Shown: positions 45,922 to 55,532, numbered from the stretch's first letter. The stretch is DNA of 63,652 bases from a virus (IMGVR_UViG_3300030109_004674:1-63652); one strand, 5' to 3'. Program-made: numbers and translations. The notes: generated by a model from the sequence alone, not told the origin.

Positions 45922-47637
45922 ATGGCAATAATACTGAGCAAACAAAGAGTAATTTCAACAACTCCAACTCCAAGACAAACTTGGACTAGGCCAACTGAGT
46001 GGCTGGATATGCCTGCTTTAAGCCAAGGAGACGAGAAAGTTCACATGCTTGTTAAAGTTTATGAGAAAGGAAGTAACTTTATTATTTTTAAATTTAGAGG
46101 TGACTACCAAGTAGATTGGGGTGATGGAACAACTGTAACTACTCACGCAGATAACACGGATGCGGAGCATGACTATGATTGGGCAAATGCTCCCTCAAGT
46201 TCATTAACAAGCGGAGGCTATAGGCAAGTAATACTAACTGTTACAGCTCAAGGAGGTTCTACTTTAACACAATTCATTAGACCATCTTCACCTTATGCTC
46301 ATTCAAACGATGTATATAGAGGTTTTGGAAATGGAAATGTTTTAAGTGTTAAAATAGCAGGTACAGCTTTTACACACATGAACTTAGGTATGTGGACTTG
46401 GATTGCCTTAGAAGAATTTGAATATGTAGGAACAGCACCAAACCTATCAAACGTAAGCAATTGCTTCACAAGTTGTAATAATTTAAAAAAGATTAATCAA
46501 TGGAATACATCGGCAGTTACAAATTTTGCTAATGTTTTTCAAAATTGCTACTCTTTATTAGAAGTGCCTCCATTAGACACAAGTAGTGCTACTAATGTTA
46601 CATACATGTACTATAATTGTTTTTCAATAGATTATATACCACCAATGGATGTTTCATCTTCAACTAATTTGACATATACATTTAACACTTGTAGGAGTTT
46701 AAATAATAATCCCATATCTAATTATAGTGGTATTACAAATATGACAGCAACATATTCCAATACAAGACTTAAAACATTTGACGCTAGTTTACCAAATGTA
46801 ACAGGTATGCACCTTTGTTTTGACGGCTGTAGCGATTTGGAAGTAGTAAACATTACAGCAGGCACAGGTGTTCTTACTACTATGAGTTATACATTTAGGA
46901 ATTGTGTTAATATAAAAGAAATAAAGCCATTTGACACATCAGGGGTCACTAGTTTTCTATGGTGTTTTTCAGCAATAAAAACTCAATGTGATTTTACTTG
47001 GGTAGACACATCAAGCACACAAAATTTTGAATCAATGTTTGAAGGAAGTTATTTAACAGATGCAAGTTTTCTTAATGTTACATCAAATGCCACAAACTTA
47101 ACAGAGGTATTTCAGAATTGTACTAAGTTGAAAAAAACTCCTGCATCTTTTGACTGTACTAATGTTACAACAATTAAAGGTTTATTTGCTTATTGTTATC
47201 TATTGGAGGATTTTCCTACTTTAAACAACACAGGGAATATTACAGATACTTATAATACATTTGCTTATTGTAAAGGGTTAGAAGTTGCACCACCTATTGC
47301 TGGAACTTTAACGAGTTGCAGGGCGATGTTTTCAGGTGCAGTAAATGTGGCTACAATTCCTGCTTATGATTTAAGTGGGGTTACTACATATCCTAATGGG
47401 TATCAATTTGCACTATCGGCAAATAATATAAGAGAATCATTAGTCACAGGAATAACCTCAAGACATAGCTATCAAAATTGTAGTATGGCTCAAGCTGAAC
47501 TAGTAACAGTATTTAATAACTTAGGAACGGCAAATGGTTCACAAACAATTTATGTAGACAAAAATCCAGGCTCAGCAGATTTAACTGCAAGTGATTTATT
47601 AATAGCCACTAATAAAGGTTGGACAGTAGTAAGTTAA
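45922..47637 (+). CDS. BspA/DUF285-like repeat protein (receptor-binding candidate)
   Basis: VDWGDG motif plus ~22-24-aa repeats (D/N)TSxxTNxxxxFxxCxxL; C-terminal ATNKGWTV. Confidence 0.8.
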   Translation: MAIILSKQRVISTTPTPRQTWTRPTEWLDMPALSQGDEKVHMLVKVYEKGSNFIIFKFRGDYQVDWGDGTTVTTHADNTDAEHDYDWANAPSSSLTSGGYRQVILTVTAQGGSTLTQFIRPSSPYAHSNDVYRGFGNGNVLSVKIAGTAFTHMNLGMWTWIALEEFEYVGTAPNLSNVSNCFTSCNNLKKINQWNTSAVTNFANVFQNCYSLLEVPPLDTSSATNVTYMYYNCFSIDYIPPMDVSSSTNLTYTFNTCRSLNNNPISNYSGITNMTATYSNTRLKTFDASLPNVTGMHLCFDGCSDLEVVNITAGTGVLTTMSYTFRNCVNIKEIKPFDTSGVTSFLWCFSAIKTQCDFTWVDTSSTQNFESMFEGSYLTDASFLNVTSNATNLTEVFQNCTKLKKTPASFDCTNVTTIKGLFAYCYLLEDFPTLNNTGNITDTYNTFAYCKGLEVAPPIAGTLTSCRAMFSGAVNVATIPAYDLSGVTTYPNGYQFALSANNIRESLVTGITSRHSYQNCSMAQAELVTVFNNLGTANGSQTIYVDKNPGSADLTASDLLIATNKGWTVVS

Positions 47638-47648
47638 TTAAAAAGATT

Positions 47649-47819
47649 ATGTTTTATAAATACGAAGAAGATTTTAATGAGTGGCACACAGGGAATAAGA
47701 TTTCATTTCCTGATGGAGTTACTTTATCTGTTGATAATAAAATAGAAAAAGATGGTTGGAAGTGGTACGATACACCACCTGCAGAATATACAGAATGGTT
47801 AGAACAACAAAATAATTAA
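47649..47819 (+). CDS. Small fibre-associated protein
   Basis: MFYKY...DGWKWYDTPP; ATG at 47649. Confidence 0.6.
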   Translation: MFYKYEEDFNEWHTGNKISFPDGVTLSVDNKIEKDGWKWYDTPPAEYTEWLEQQNN

Positions 47820-47822
47820 GAT

Positions 47823-48206
47823 ATGAGTGCAACACCAAATATAAACCCTGCAAAAGTAATAGGTGGAGTACGCCCATCTCTTACTAAAACAATAGTTCTT
47901 GAAGCTCCAGCAGATGCAGATTACATTCCTATATTTAGAACAGATGTAGCAATTACTATTGTAGAAGCTAAAGGAGCACTAATGGATACAGGAGATGTTG
48001 ATATTAGATTATACCATGATACTGACTTAGCCAACACTTCTCCTACAGCAATAGGAGCATCTACTACGCTAACAACTACAACTGAAGCAGCTGTAGACAT
48101 ATCAACAGATGCAACAATACCAGCTGACAGTTGGATAATTTTAGATATTGGGACAGTGGCAACACCACAAACAACAGTGGTAAACATAAGATATACAGAG
48201 GACTAA
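47823..48206 (+). CDS. Hypothetical tail-associated protein
   Basis: 127 aa, beta-rich. Confidence 0.65.
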   Translation: MSATPNINPAKVIGGVRPSLTKTIVLEAPADADYIPIFRTDVAITIVEAKGALMDTGDVDIRLYHDTDLANTSPTAIGASTTLTTTTEAAVDISTDATIPADSWIILDIGTVATPQTTVVNIRYTED

Positions 48207-48207
48207 A

Positions 48208-48486
48208 ATGAAGACTATAATTAGAAAAATAGAATTAGAAGGGGAGGGTCTTAAGCATACAGATGTTGGGTACACAACTAGCTCGTCAATAGTAGACTCT
48301 ATTAACGAACAGTATGATATTACATTAGGTGGGTTTCTAGCAGAGCGAAGAACAAAAATACAGAAAGGTGAAGTATCAATAAATGTTTTTTTTACTACTA
48401 CTCCATTTGTGTATGAAGCAAGAGTAGAGGTGGATACTATTAATGGTTTAGGTCTTAGCAAAATCACAGATATAAACGATTTATAA
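48208..48486 (+). CDS. Hypothetical protein
   Basis: 92 aa, tightly coupled to neighbours. Confidence 0.65.
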   Translation: MKTIIRKIELEGEGLKHTDVGYTTSSSIVDSINEQYDITLGGFLAERRTKIQKGEVSINVFFTTTPFVYEARVEVDTINGLGLSKITDINDL

Positions 48487-48487
48487 T

Positions 48488-49138
48488 ATGGCGGCTCCTA
48501 CTAAGGGAAATACAACAAATGGGAACCCAACACCAGGGGCTAGTAGTCACACTATTTCTCATACTCAAAATACAGGAAACGATAGGCTTTTAGTTGTTCA
48601 ACTTACTATGAGTAACGCACGTAGTTATTCAGGCTGTACGTATGGTGGACAAGCAATGACGCAACTGTACACTATTAACAGAGGAGGTTTAAGTCAAAGA
48701 ATGGCTTTCTATTATTTAGAAGACCCTCCAACAGGGGCTAACGACATTGTAATTAGTTTCAATAATTCTGTATGGAATCCAATATCTATACACGCTAGAA
48801 GTTTTACTGACTCAGGAGGAGTAGGAGCGTCTGCAAAAACAGGAGGGACAGCAACACCTCATACGCAAAATTTAACCGTTGAAGAAGATTCATTGATCAT
48901 GATTACTTCGTGTTGTGTAAATGTTATTCTTACTCAACAGATACCTGACGGAACTACTCGAACTTTTACTACGCACAACACAAACAGGCAGGTAGCAACG
49001 GGTGCTATATCTGCTGATGCTGGACACAGTGCTGGAACGATAGATTTAAGAGCAACCGCTACAACTGGTAACTTAACGCTAGATAGAATAGAAATAAAAG
49101 GTTTATCGAGTAGTAGCAGAAGGATTATTGTTGTATAG
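48488..49138 (+). CDS. Tail-associated beta-sandwich protein
   Basis: GNDRLLVV...TYGGQAMT...YYLEDPPTGAN pattern. Confidence 0.6.
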   Translation: MAAPTKGNTTNGNPTPGASSHTISHTQNTGNDRLLVVQLTMSNARSYSGCTYGGQAMTQLYTINRGGLSQRMAFYYLEDPPTGANDIVISFNNSVWNPISIHARSFTDSGGVGASAKTGGTATPHTQNLTVEEDSLIMITSCCVNVILTQQIPDGTTRTFTTHNTNRQVATGAISADAGHSAGTIDLRATATTGNLTLDRIEIKGLSSSSRRIIVV

Positions 49139-49231
49139 TATAACATAAACAATATTTGTGACGTAGAAAAATACAAACCCGTTTACTTGGTAGTAATGTT
49201 ATAAACAATTATTTTTAGCAAAATCAATAAA

Positions 49232-49612
49232 ATGGGGTTTATTTTACTCACTGTAACAAATGTATCTAGCGATGTATCCGTAACCGATATGAGTTTACCT
49301 ATAATGGTTGTAGCAGAGCTTGTTGTTTTCGTTGGTTTGCTAGTAGGAATATGGAGTACTCTGAAAAATAAAACAGCTATGAATGCAAAACTATACAGTG
49401 AGCTAAAAGAGAAACTAAATACTCATATGGCAGATTCAGAAAGACAAATCAATAGCTTGAGACAGAACCATAGCGAGGCGTATTCAAAGTTAGAAAACAA
49501 AATATCAGGTTTAGAAAAAGAGGTAGGAAGCATTGCAATCGGGATAGCAAACATAGAAGGATTTATGAAAGCAATGTCCGCAAAATCTAAAAACAATAAC
49601 AACTCTTGTTAA
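49232..49612 (+). CDS. Membrane protein with coiled coil (holin/antiholin-like)
   Basis: One predicted TM segment followed by a heptad coil; upstream of the endolysin. Confidence 0.5.
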   Translation: MGFILLTVTNVSSDVSVTDMSLPIMVVAELVVFVGLLVGIWSTLKNKTAMNAKLYSELKEKLNTHMADSERQINSLRQNHSEAYSKLENKISGLEKEVGSIAIGIANIEGFMKAMSAKSKNNNNSC

Positions 49613-49613
49613 T

Positions 49614-49733
49614 ATGAGATACGGAAGTAGAAAAACATCAGAGAAAGGTAGTTCATCATCTAAAAAGGTAAACTACGGAACTAGAAAGGGAAGCCAAGGA
49701 ACCAAGAAGGGGTCTAGTAAAAAGTATAAATAA
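49614..49733 (+). CDS. Small, highly basic peptide (39 aa)
   Basis: MRYGSRKTSEKGSSSSKKVNYGTRKGSQGTKKGSSKKYK*; starts 1 nt after the upstream stop. Confidence 0.6.
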   Translation: MRYGSRKTSEKGSSSSKKVNYGTRKGSQGTKKGSSKKYK

Positions 49734-49770
49734 AATTCATATATTTATAACAAACAAAAAGTAAAGAGAA

Positions 49771-50178
49771 ATGAAGAAAGTGTTACGAATGAAAAACATC
49801 GAAGTAATTGGATTGGCAGAGTGCTTAAACGCTCTATGTGACAACGGTGTAAATCTAAGACCAAAGACATGGTACACCCTAGCTAACAACAGGCAGACAT
49901 TAATTAATCAAGGAAAGATTATTGATGAGGGTATTAAAAATATTCAAGAAAAGTACAAGGAAACTAACGAAGAAGGTAAGGATATTATACCAGAAACTTC
50001 TGTACCTGATTTTCATGCGGATAGAAATGAGTTAATGGAAATGGAAGTAGAATTAAGTTTCTACCAAATAGACATGAAGGATATTGAAAAGGATATGCCT
50101 AAAATGAAAGGCGTTAAAAACCTATACATCTTCTTCGACTACATTGTTTCCTCTAGTAAAGAACTACAAGAAGCTTAA
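49771..50178 (+). CDS. Hypothetical protein
   Basis: 135 aa. Confidence 0.7.
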   Translation: MKKVLRMKNIEVIGLAECLNALCDNGVNLRPKTWYTLANNRQTLINQGKIIDEGIKNIQEKYKETNEEGKDIIPETSVPDFHADRNELMEMEVELSFYQIDMKDIEKDMPKMKGVKNLYIFFDYIVSSSKELQEA

Positions 50179-50180
50179 TT

Positions 50181-50954
50181 ATGGCCTTAGATATTAGCAA
50201 AATAAATCAAGTATCTTTTCCTGATGATCAATACTATAGATCTGTTGTGGAAAAGAATCAGATTGTAATCCATCATACTGTATCAGGACACGGAATTAAT
50301 GGTGATGTTAACCACTGGAAAGCTTCTGAAGCTAGAGTTGCTACATCTTTGATTATCGACAGAAAGGGTGATATACATCAGTGTTTTTCAACAAAGTATT
50401 ATGCTCATCATTTAGGTATTAAGAGAGGATTCATACTTGAGCAAAAAACTACCAAAAGCAATTTAGAGCTAAATCAAAAAAGCATTGCTATTGAGCTAGA
50501 CTCTTACGGAGGTTTAGAGAAAAAGGGTAGTAAGTACATTACAGTTTATGGTAACGAAGTGCCTGCTAAATCTGTTGTATCATACAAGGAGAAGTATAGA
50601 GGGTATAAGTACTACGAAAAGTACACAGATAAGCAGATAGCTGCGTTAAAGGATGTGTTAGAGTATCTGACTAAAAAGTACGATATACCTTTTGAGTACA
50701 AAGAAGATATGTGGGATGTATCTAAAGATGCTTTAAATGGCGTTAGCGGAATCTATTCACACACATCGTATAGAGCAGACAAATCAGACTGTCATCCACA
50801 ACCAGAGTTAATCTCTATGATTAAGGGTGAAAAGAAAAAGACTTCATCTCCTGCAAAGAAAAGGAGTGTCGAAAAAAAGACATCGATAAAGTTAAAAACT
50901 CAATCGAATGGAGCAGTCAAAAAGAAAGCTACCAAAAAAACTAACAAAAAGTAA
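50181..50954 (+). CDS. Endolysin, N-acetylmuramoyl-L-alanine amidase (Amidase_2)
   Basis: IVIHHT, YAHHLG, SIAIEL, YTDKQIAAL, YSH...KSDCHP; Lys-rich tail. Confidence 0.9.
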   Translation: MALDISKINQVSFPDDQYYRSVVEKNQIVIHHTVSGHGINGDVNHWKASEARVATSLIIDRKGDIHQCFSTKYYAHHLGIKRGFILEQKTTKSNLELNQKSIAIELDSYGGLEKKGSKYITVYGNEVPAKSVVSYKEKYRGYKYYEKYTDKQIAALKDVLEYLTKKYDIPFEYKEDMWDVSKDALNGVSGIYSHTSYRADKSDCHPQPELISMIKGEKKKTSSPAKKRSVEKKTSIKLKTQSNGAVKKKATKKTNKK

Positions 50955-51141
50955 GAGGTTTTGGTTTAGCGTTTTTGCATTTATTGTGAATGCATTAATG
51001 TTCTCAATATTAGTCATAAAAGATAATGATCCGGTATCAGTAGGTACTGGGTTGTCTATGCTGAACACACCTGTTTATGTTTATGTTTTTGGGGAATCCT
51101 GGAAACCATCAAGTAAAGCTGAAAAAGATGAAAATGTTTAA
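50908..51141 (+). CDS. Holin (putative, two TM segments)
   Basis: KSKRFW followed by two hydrophobic segments; overlaps the amidase. Confidence 0.6.
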   Translation: MEQSKRKLPKKLTKSKRFWFSVFAFIVNALMFSILVIKDNDPVSVGTGLSMLNTPVYVYVFGESWKPSSKAEKDENV

Positions 51142-51211
51142 AGGAGGAGGTTGCAATTGTGGTGGAAGCAGACCAAGGCCAAGACCAAAGCCGTATGGGA
51201 AAGCGTATTAG
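51134..51211 (+). CDS. 25-aa Cys/Pro/Arg peptide
   Basis: MFKGGGCNCGGSRPRPRPKPYGKAY*; bridges the holin and spanin genes. Confidence 0.4.
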   Translation: MFKGGGCNCGGSRPRPRPKPYGKAY

Positions 51212-51845
51212 AGAAGTTATAATCTTGGCATTATTAATTGTATTGATTATGCTAGGCGTAGATTCGTGCAAGAACAAATCAAAGATGTACGAACAAGCAA
51301 CTGCTATAAACAATTACCAGGATACAATACTGAGATACTCTGACAGAGAGGGGGAGCTTGTCGATTACAATAAATCTTTAAAATTAAACTTAAAAGTTGC
51401 CTTGGAGAATGTGGATGGACTTAAGGGGGATTTGAAGAGATTAAAACTAAAGAAACCTAAAGTAATTGTAAAGTACAAGAACACAGTAAGAATAGATTCA
51501 GTAGAAGTGGAGCACGAAATTATCCTTCCTTGTGATGAGTTTAGTTACGCATTCAATGTAGACAGCTCTAATTACTCGATTACAGGGCTTCTAACGGACA
51601 AAAAACTTTCCTTTGATAGAATATCTATACCAAACAATCAAACCTTTATTGTAGCCGACAAGAGAGAGAAGTGGTATAAGTCAAAACAATATGTTGTTGT
51701 AGTTGACAACTCTAACCCATATGTCGTTTCTAGCGGGCTTCAGTCATACACAATAACACCAAGAAAGAAACCACATGAAAAGTGGTATACTAAGCTTGGA
51801 GCAGGCTTTGTTCTCGGTGTATTATTTAGCAATTCTATAAAATAG
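51195..51845 (+). CDS. Spanin-like protein
   Basis: N-terminal hydrophobic segment ending VDSC (lipobox-like), coil, beta region, C-terminal TM; last gene of the lysis block. Confidence 0.55.
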   Translation: MGKRIREVIILALLIVLIMLGVDSCKNKSKMYEQATAINNYQDTILRYSDREGELVDYNKSLKLNLKVALENVDGLKGDLKRLKLKKPKVIVKYKNTVRIDSVEVEHEIILPCDEFSYAFNVDSSNYSITGLLTDKKLSFDRISIPNNQTFIVADKREKWYKSKQYVVVVDNSNPYVVSSGLQSYTITPRKKPHEKWYTKLGAGFVLGVLFSNSIK

Positions 51846-52160
51846 AAAAGAAGCTCCAGATCCAGCACATGCGTATGCAAATAATTTACCTGTAGATTGA
51901 AGACAAGTAAATTCGATACCCATAAAAAAATACATTACTATACCCATCCAGAATCCAAAACACAAAGGACAGTTTACTAACTGACCAAAGAAGTATTGAA
52001 TCCTTTGTTTTTTAGTTGGCTTGAATTCAGGAGTTTCTACCTTCTCCCATGTTTCATCATCTAATGATATAAAATCTCTGACACCTTTAAATAGGCTAGA
52101 ATATGTTACTATAAACGTACCACCTGCAGTGGCAAACAAAAACAATATAAGTTCACTCAT
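51822..52160 (-). CDS. DUF1360-like membrane protein
   Basis: LVNCPLCFGFW motif plus TM segments. Confidence 0.65.
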   Translation of the reverse strand: MSELILFLFATAGGTFIVTYSSLFKGVRDFISLDDETWEKVETPEFKPTKKQRIQYFFGQLVNCPLCFGFWMGIVMYFFMGIEFTCLQSTGKLFAYACAGSGASFLFYRIAK

Positions 52161-52183
52161 TACTCTTTACTCTTTAGTTATTT

Positions 52184-52429
52184 TTATGACTTGTAAGTCT
52201 GATTTTTTTGATTGTAGTTATCTAATGAACCACCTTCATAATTGTTCGGATCTTCGTACAATTCCATTAGTCTACTAACCGCTTCACTTGCTCCTTCGTA
52301 AACTTCCTTTTTTTCTCCAATGTATTTTTCACCATCGTAAGAATCCATAGATGATTTTTCGTAACAATCGTACTTGATAATGAAGCCATTCTTAGCAGGC
52401 TCCATTTTGAGGTTTTTAAATTTAGCCAT
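52184..52429 (-). CDS. Hypothetical protein
   Basis: 81 aa. Confidence 0.65.
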   Translation of the reverse strand: MAKFKNLKMEPAKNGFIIKYDCYEKSSMDSYDGEKYIGEKKEVYEGASEAVSRLMELYEDPNNYEGGSLDNYNQKNQTYKS

Positions 52430-52434
52430 AATAT

Positions 52435-52740
52435 TTAATTAGATATCCAATTACTAATGTCATCAACTGCAACCTGTAATCCTGCAGCTGTTGCAGCCCA
52501 AGTTCCTTTTCCTACTACATCCTGTATGTCAAACTGTAATAATTCATCTTCACCTTTTTTGATAGTGATAAGAAAAGAAGTGCTTCTCTTAACTAAAGGG
52601 GAAGCGATATTCTTGTTTACAATGTTGTGATGAACTGAAAGACCATTCTTGTTTAATGTATTCCAGTTGGTGTTGTCGCTGCTCCATGCTATAGCTTTAG
52701 TCCATGTCGCATCTACCGTTGCTCCGTTATCTATGTACAT
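52435..52740 (-). CDS. Hypothetical protein
   Basis: 101 aa. Confidence 0.65.
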   Translation of the reverse strand: MYIDNGATVDATWTKAIAWSSDNTNWNTLNKNGLSVHHNIVNKNIASPLVKRSTSFLITIKKGEDELLQFDIQDVVGKGTWAATAAGLQVAVDDISNWISN

Positions 52741-52745
52741 AATAA

Positions 52746-52985
52746 TTAAGTTTTGCTTATAAGAATATTGTATTTCAAACCAAATTTCTCACAAGTCTTT
52801 TTTAATACAGTATGAGCGTGTGATGTCGCCCCCTTTTCACTTTTCTCTATAGTGTCTACCTTGATGTATATTGCCCTAGACAATTGCATAGGTGTCATTT
52901 TTAGGTGCTCTTCTCTAATCAGTTTAAGCAACTGAGGCATTTCGTTAATGTTTGCCTCAACCCAAAACTCTTTCTCGTTTGCCAT
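52746..52985 (-). CDS. XRE-like HTH protein
   Basis: LKLIREEHLKMTPMQLSRAI...TIEKSEKG. Confidence 0.6.
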   Translation of the reverse strand: MANEKEFWVEANINEMPQLLKLIREEHLKMTPMQLSRAIYIKVDTIEKSEKGATSHAHTVLKKTCEKFGLKYNILISKT

Positions 52986-53211
52986 TTACTCCTGTTTGTA
53001 TATCTAACTCTTCTACGGTGTTGTCTACAATTAGTTTTCTCTTCTTCCTTCCGTCTTTTTCCGGTTCTCTTAAAAACACCGCAGTCAAATCTTTGTCACT
53101 ATCACGCATCTTCCATCTTCTGTAATGAGATATCTCTGTTGTATTCCATCTCTCTGGCTCCAGCACCTTTCCGTTCTCATCAGTTATTCTCAGTGTGACA
53201 AACTTGCTCAT
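52957..53211 (-). CDS. Hypothetical protein
   Basis: 84 aa downstream of a promoter element. Confidence 0.65.
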   Translation of the reverse strand: MSKFVTLRITDENGKVLEPERWNTTEISHYRRWKMRDSDKDLTAVFLREPEKDGRKKRKLIVDNTVEELDIQTGVNGKRERVLG

Positions 53212-53227
53212 TTACTACGTCTTTAAA

Positions 53228-53235
53228 CAAATATA
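53228..53235 (-). promoter_or_regulatory. TAnnTTTG (-7) promoter element
   Basis: TATATTTG on the minus strand. Confidence 0.55.
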
Positions 53236-53274
53236 ATAAAAAAACCAAGAGATGGCTTTCTTAAATAAAGACAT

Positions 53275-53298
53275 AAAAAAAGAGGATTTCTCCTCTTT
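53275..53298 (-). terminator. Intrinsic terminator
   Basis: AGAGGA-GAAA-TCCTCT-TTTTTT on the minus strand. Confidence 0.75.
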
Positions 53299-53320
53299 AA
53301 GTCTAGTGTCTACCTTTGTT

Positions 53321-53602
53321 TTAGAACGGGAGATCATCAGAATCAGTGGCAGAAGCAGGTTGTGCGGCTTGTACGTCTTCTTGCTTTTGTCTGCGTTGCT
53401 CTTCAGTCTCAAACTCACTCATCTTCCCTGCAACAAACTTTCCTGACTTACCATTCTTGCTCCACTCTTTCATCCATCCTGCTAACCTCATTTTGGTTCC
53501 GTCTCCCAAGATAATATGTCCTGTGTAGTCTGGTTGATTTCCTGTCTTTTCTCTGTTCTCAAACATTATGAACTGCATTGGTTCATCTTTCTCATGTGCC
53601 AT
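53321..53602 (-). CDS. SSB-like / DUF736-like protein
   Basis: NQPDYTG...LAGW motif; acidic C-terminal tail DSDDLPF. Confidence 0.65.
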   Translation of the reverse strand: MAHEKDEPMQFIMFENREKTGNQPDYTGHIILGDGTKMRLAGWMKEWSKNGKSGKFVAGKMSEFETEEQRRQKQEDVQAAQPASATDSDDLPF

Positions 53603-53607
53603 AATTA

Positions 53608-54021
53608 CTAAATTAAATTGTTACTTATTTTAATTACTAAATCGTCTACCTTTTTATTGGTGTTAGGTAGAAAAACCAAATCTTTATTTCCTTCTTGATA
53701 GATCTTGTATTTAAGAAGTTTAAATTTATTGTTTGCATCAGGTGTTACTACACCTTTTGTATCGATGTAAAGCTTAATATCATTATACGGAACAACAAAA
53801 TCAACCTTCATGTAAATCTGCCTTACAGTTGTATTAGTGGCATCTTTAAAACCTGGAGAGAGAATAACCTTATATTGCATTTCAAAAGGGATGTTATGCG
53901 TTTTAAACATTTGATACATCCTTAATTCTCTTTTTGAATCGAATAAAACACCATCAAACAATACTTTCTTTGCATTGTATTTATTCTTTTTCTTTCCTCC
54001 TTTCCAGCTGTTGTAGCTCAT
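53608..54021 (-). CDS. DUF1064 PD-(D/E)xK endonuclease
   Basis: NKYNAKK...FDSKRE...VDF...IDTKG. Confidence 0.85.
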   Translation of the reverse strand: MSYNSWKGGKKKNKYNAKKVLFDGVLFDSKRELRMYQMFKTHNIPFEMQYKVILSPGFKDATNTTVRQIYMKVDFVVPYNDIKLYIDTKGVVTPDANNKFKLLKYKIYQEGNKDLVFLPNTNKKVDDLVIKISNNLI

Positions 54022-54382
54022 CTTTACTCATGTACTCTGGTGCTTGAGATAAAGATAATGTTTTTACAAATTCTATCTTAATTATTTTTAATGTGTTTTG
54101 CTCTAATTTAGATTGATATTTATCCTTCCCATACCTTTCTTTGTATGCCCTGTTTAAGAACGCTTTATTCTGCATTATCTTAATTCGATCATGACCAACC
54201 ACAAGTACGTTTTTTAACACAGCAACAGTAGGTTTAAGGTTTTCTTTTGACTTTGGTCTCCCACGCCCAACGTGTTGCTCATGGACAGTCCACTTGCTTA
54301 GACGAATCATTCTATGAGGGTATTTTTTCTCTAAATCGTTTATGTAATCTTGTTGACTAAATACTGAATCTTGCATTACCAC
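53981..54382 (-). CDS. Hypothetical protein
   Basis: ~131-133 aa, coupled to neighbours. Confidence 0.65.
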   Translation of the reverse strand: MVMQDSVFSQQDYINDLEKKYPHRMIRLSKWTVHEQHVGRGRPKSKENLKPTVAVLKNVLVVGHDRIKIMQNKAFLNRAYKERYGKDKYQSKLEQNTLKIIKIEFVKTLSLSQAPEYMSKDELQQLERRKEKE

Positions 54383-54660
54383 TTTACTTTGTCAGCCCAA
54401 TATGCAGCAGACATCTTACCTTTTCGTATGTTCTTTGCGTGTCTTGCCTTAAATGATTTTTTTCTAGCTTTTTCTTTTTCGCTCTTAGGGTTTTTCCCCG
54501 CACCGCTTACACCTTGCTGTCCAAACCTTATAACTTTAGTTTTATCTCCTTCTTTTGCAACTACGACGTGAGATTTTTTGGGATGACTAGGTGTTCTTTT
54601 TGGCTTATTATATCCACTTAAGTTTAGTTTTCTTAAAGCGGCTTTCCCTCTTTCAGACAT
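54376..54660 (-). CDS. Basic conserved viral protein (DUF5754-like)
   Basis: KVIRFGQQG...RKKSFKARH...SAAYWADKVKW. Confidence 0.65.
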   Translation of the reverse strand: MSERGKAALRKLNLSGYNKPKRTPSHPKKSHVVVAKEGDKTKVIRFGQQGVSGAGKNPKSEKEKARKKSFKARHAKNIRKGKMSAAYWADKVKW

Positions 54661-54698
54661 AATGTTCTTTTTGTTAGTGTGTAATAAATATACAGAAA

Positions 54699-55061
54699 TT
54701 AAAGATATAGCATCTTCATTCTAGATATCATTCTTTCCATTTCGATGTTATAAAAATCATCAAAACTCTCCATTGGCTTCCCTTTACTTTCCCAAGCAAT
54801 ATAAAGAATATTACGCATCCTTTGCCTTTTTGTTTTACCATTAACTAACTCTTCCGCATCTATCTTAGTTTCTTGTAATGCCTTTATCTGTTCCGAGTTT
54901 ATTTCGTTGTCAGACAAGTGAAACTTAATATAATTGTTAGCCATCTTATATAGTGTGGCAGCGTCTTCAGCAGACATTTCTCCAGTTTGTATTACGATCT
55001 TACAGGTATTGTCTTTTAACGTCCTGAAAGAGTCTACGATTCCATCTTTTACGATATTCAT
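54699..55061 (-). CDS. Conserved phage hypothetical protein
   Basis: RTLKDNT...KTKRQRMRNILY...FDDFY. Confidence 0.7.
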   Translation of the reverse strand: MNIVKDGIVDSFRTLKDNTCKIVIQTGEMSAEDAATLYKMANNYIKFHLSDNEINSEQIKALQETKIDAEELVNGKTKRQRMRNILYIAWESKGKPMESFDDFYNIEMERMISRMKMLYL

Positions 55062-55075
55062 ATCTTTCAGGTTGT

Positions 55076-55348
55076 TTATAATTCGTACTTGTGTTTCTCT
55101 ATTTTACGCTTTGCTAGAAGGTTCCTGACTTGAACAAAATTGTTTTGCTCTGTTGCCAACTCTATTTCTGAAACAAGATTTTTATAGTTGTTTAGTATTT
55201 GATTTAGCAGATACGCTTCATCTGTCTTGTCACGTAAGTGTTTGAATAATTCGTCTTTCTCTTTTCCCATTTCTATAAATTTTAACATTATTGTAAAAGC
55301 AACCTTCGGTAGTCGCTCAAGCTCGTTTACAAGGGCGTTAGTATTCAT
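55076..55348 (-). CDS. Hypothetical protein
   Basis: 90 aa. Confidence 0.65.
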   Translation of the reverse strand: MNTNALVNELERLPKVAFTIMLKFIEMGKEKDELFKHLRDKTDEAYLLNQILNNYKNLVSEIELATEQNNFVQVRNLLAKRKIEKHKYEL

Positions 55349-55532
55349 TTATTAAATCTTTTAATCTTGATTTAATCTCATCTATTTCAGCACCTTCAAT
55401 TTCTTCTTCAAATTTTTTTAAAACAAACGAAATCCTAACACTAAATAAATCCAATAACTCTTTGGTGCATTGGTTTACTTCGGTATTAGTTAAAATTGTC
55501 TTAAATAATATTTCAACTATTTTTTCTTCCAT
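55338..55532 (-). CDS. Hypothetical protein
   Basis: Likely start MEEKI at 55532. Confidence 0.55.
   Translation of the reverse strand: MEEKIVEILFKTILTNTEVNQCTKELLDLFSVRISFVLKKFEEEIEGAEIDEIKSRLKDLINEY

Noticed and set aside
45922-47637. Diversity-generating retroelement target
   Set aside because: No reverse transcriptase and no adenine-variant template repeat seen by eye.
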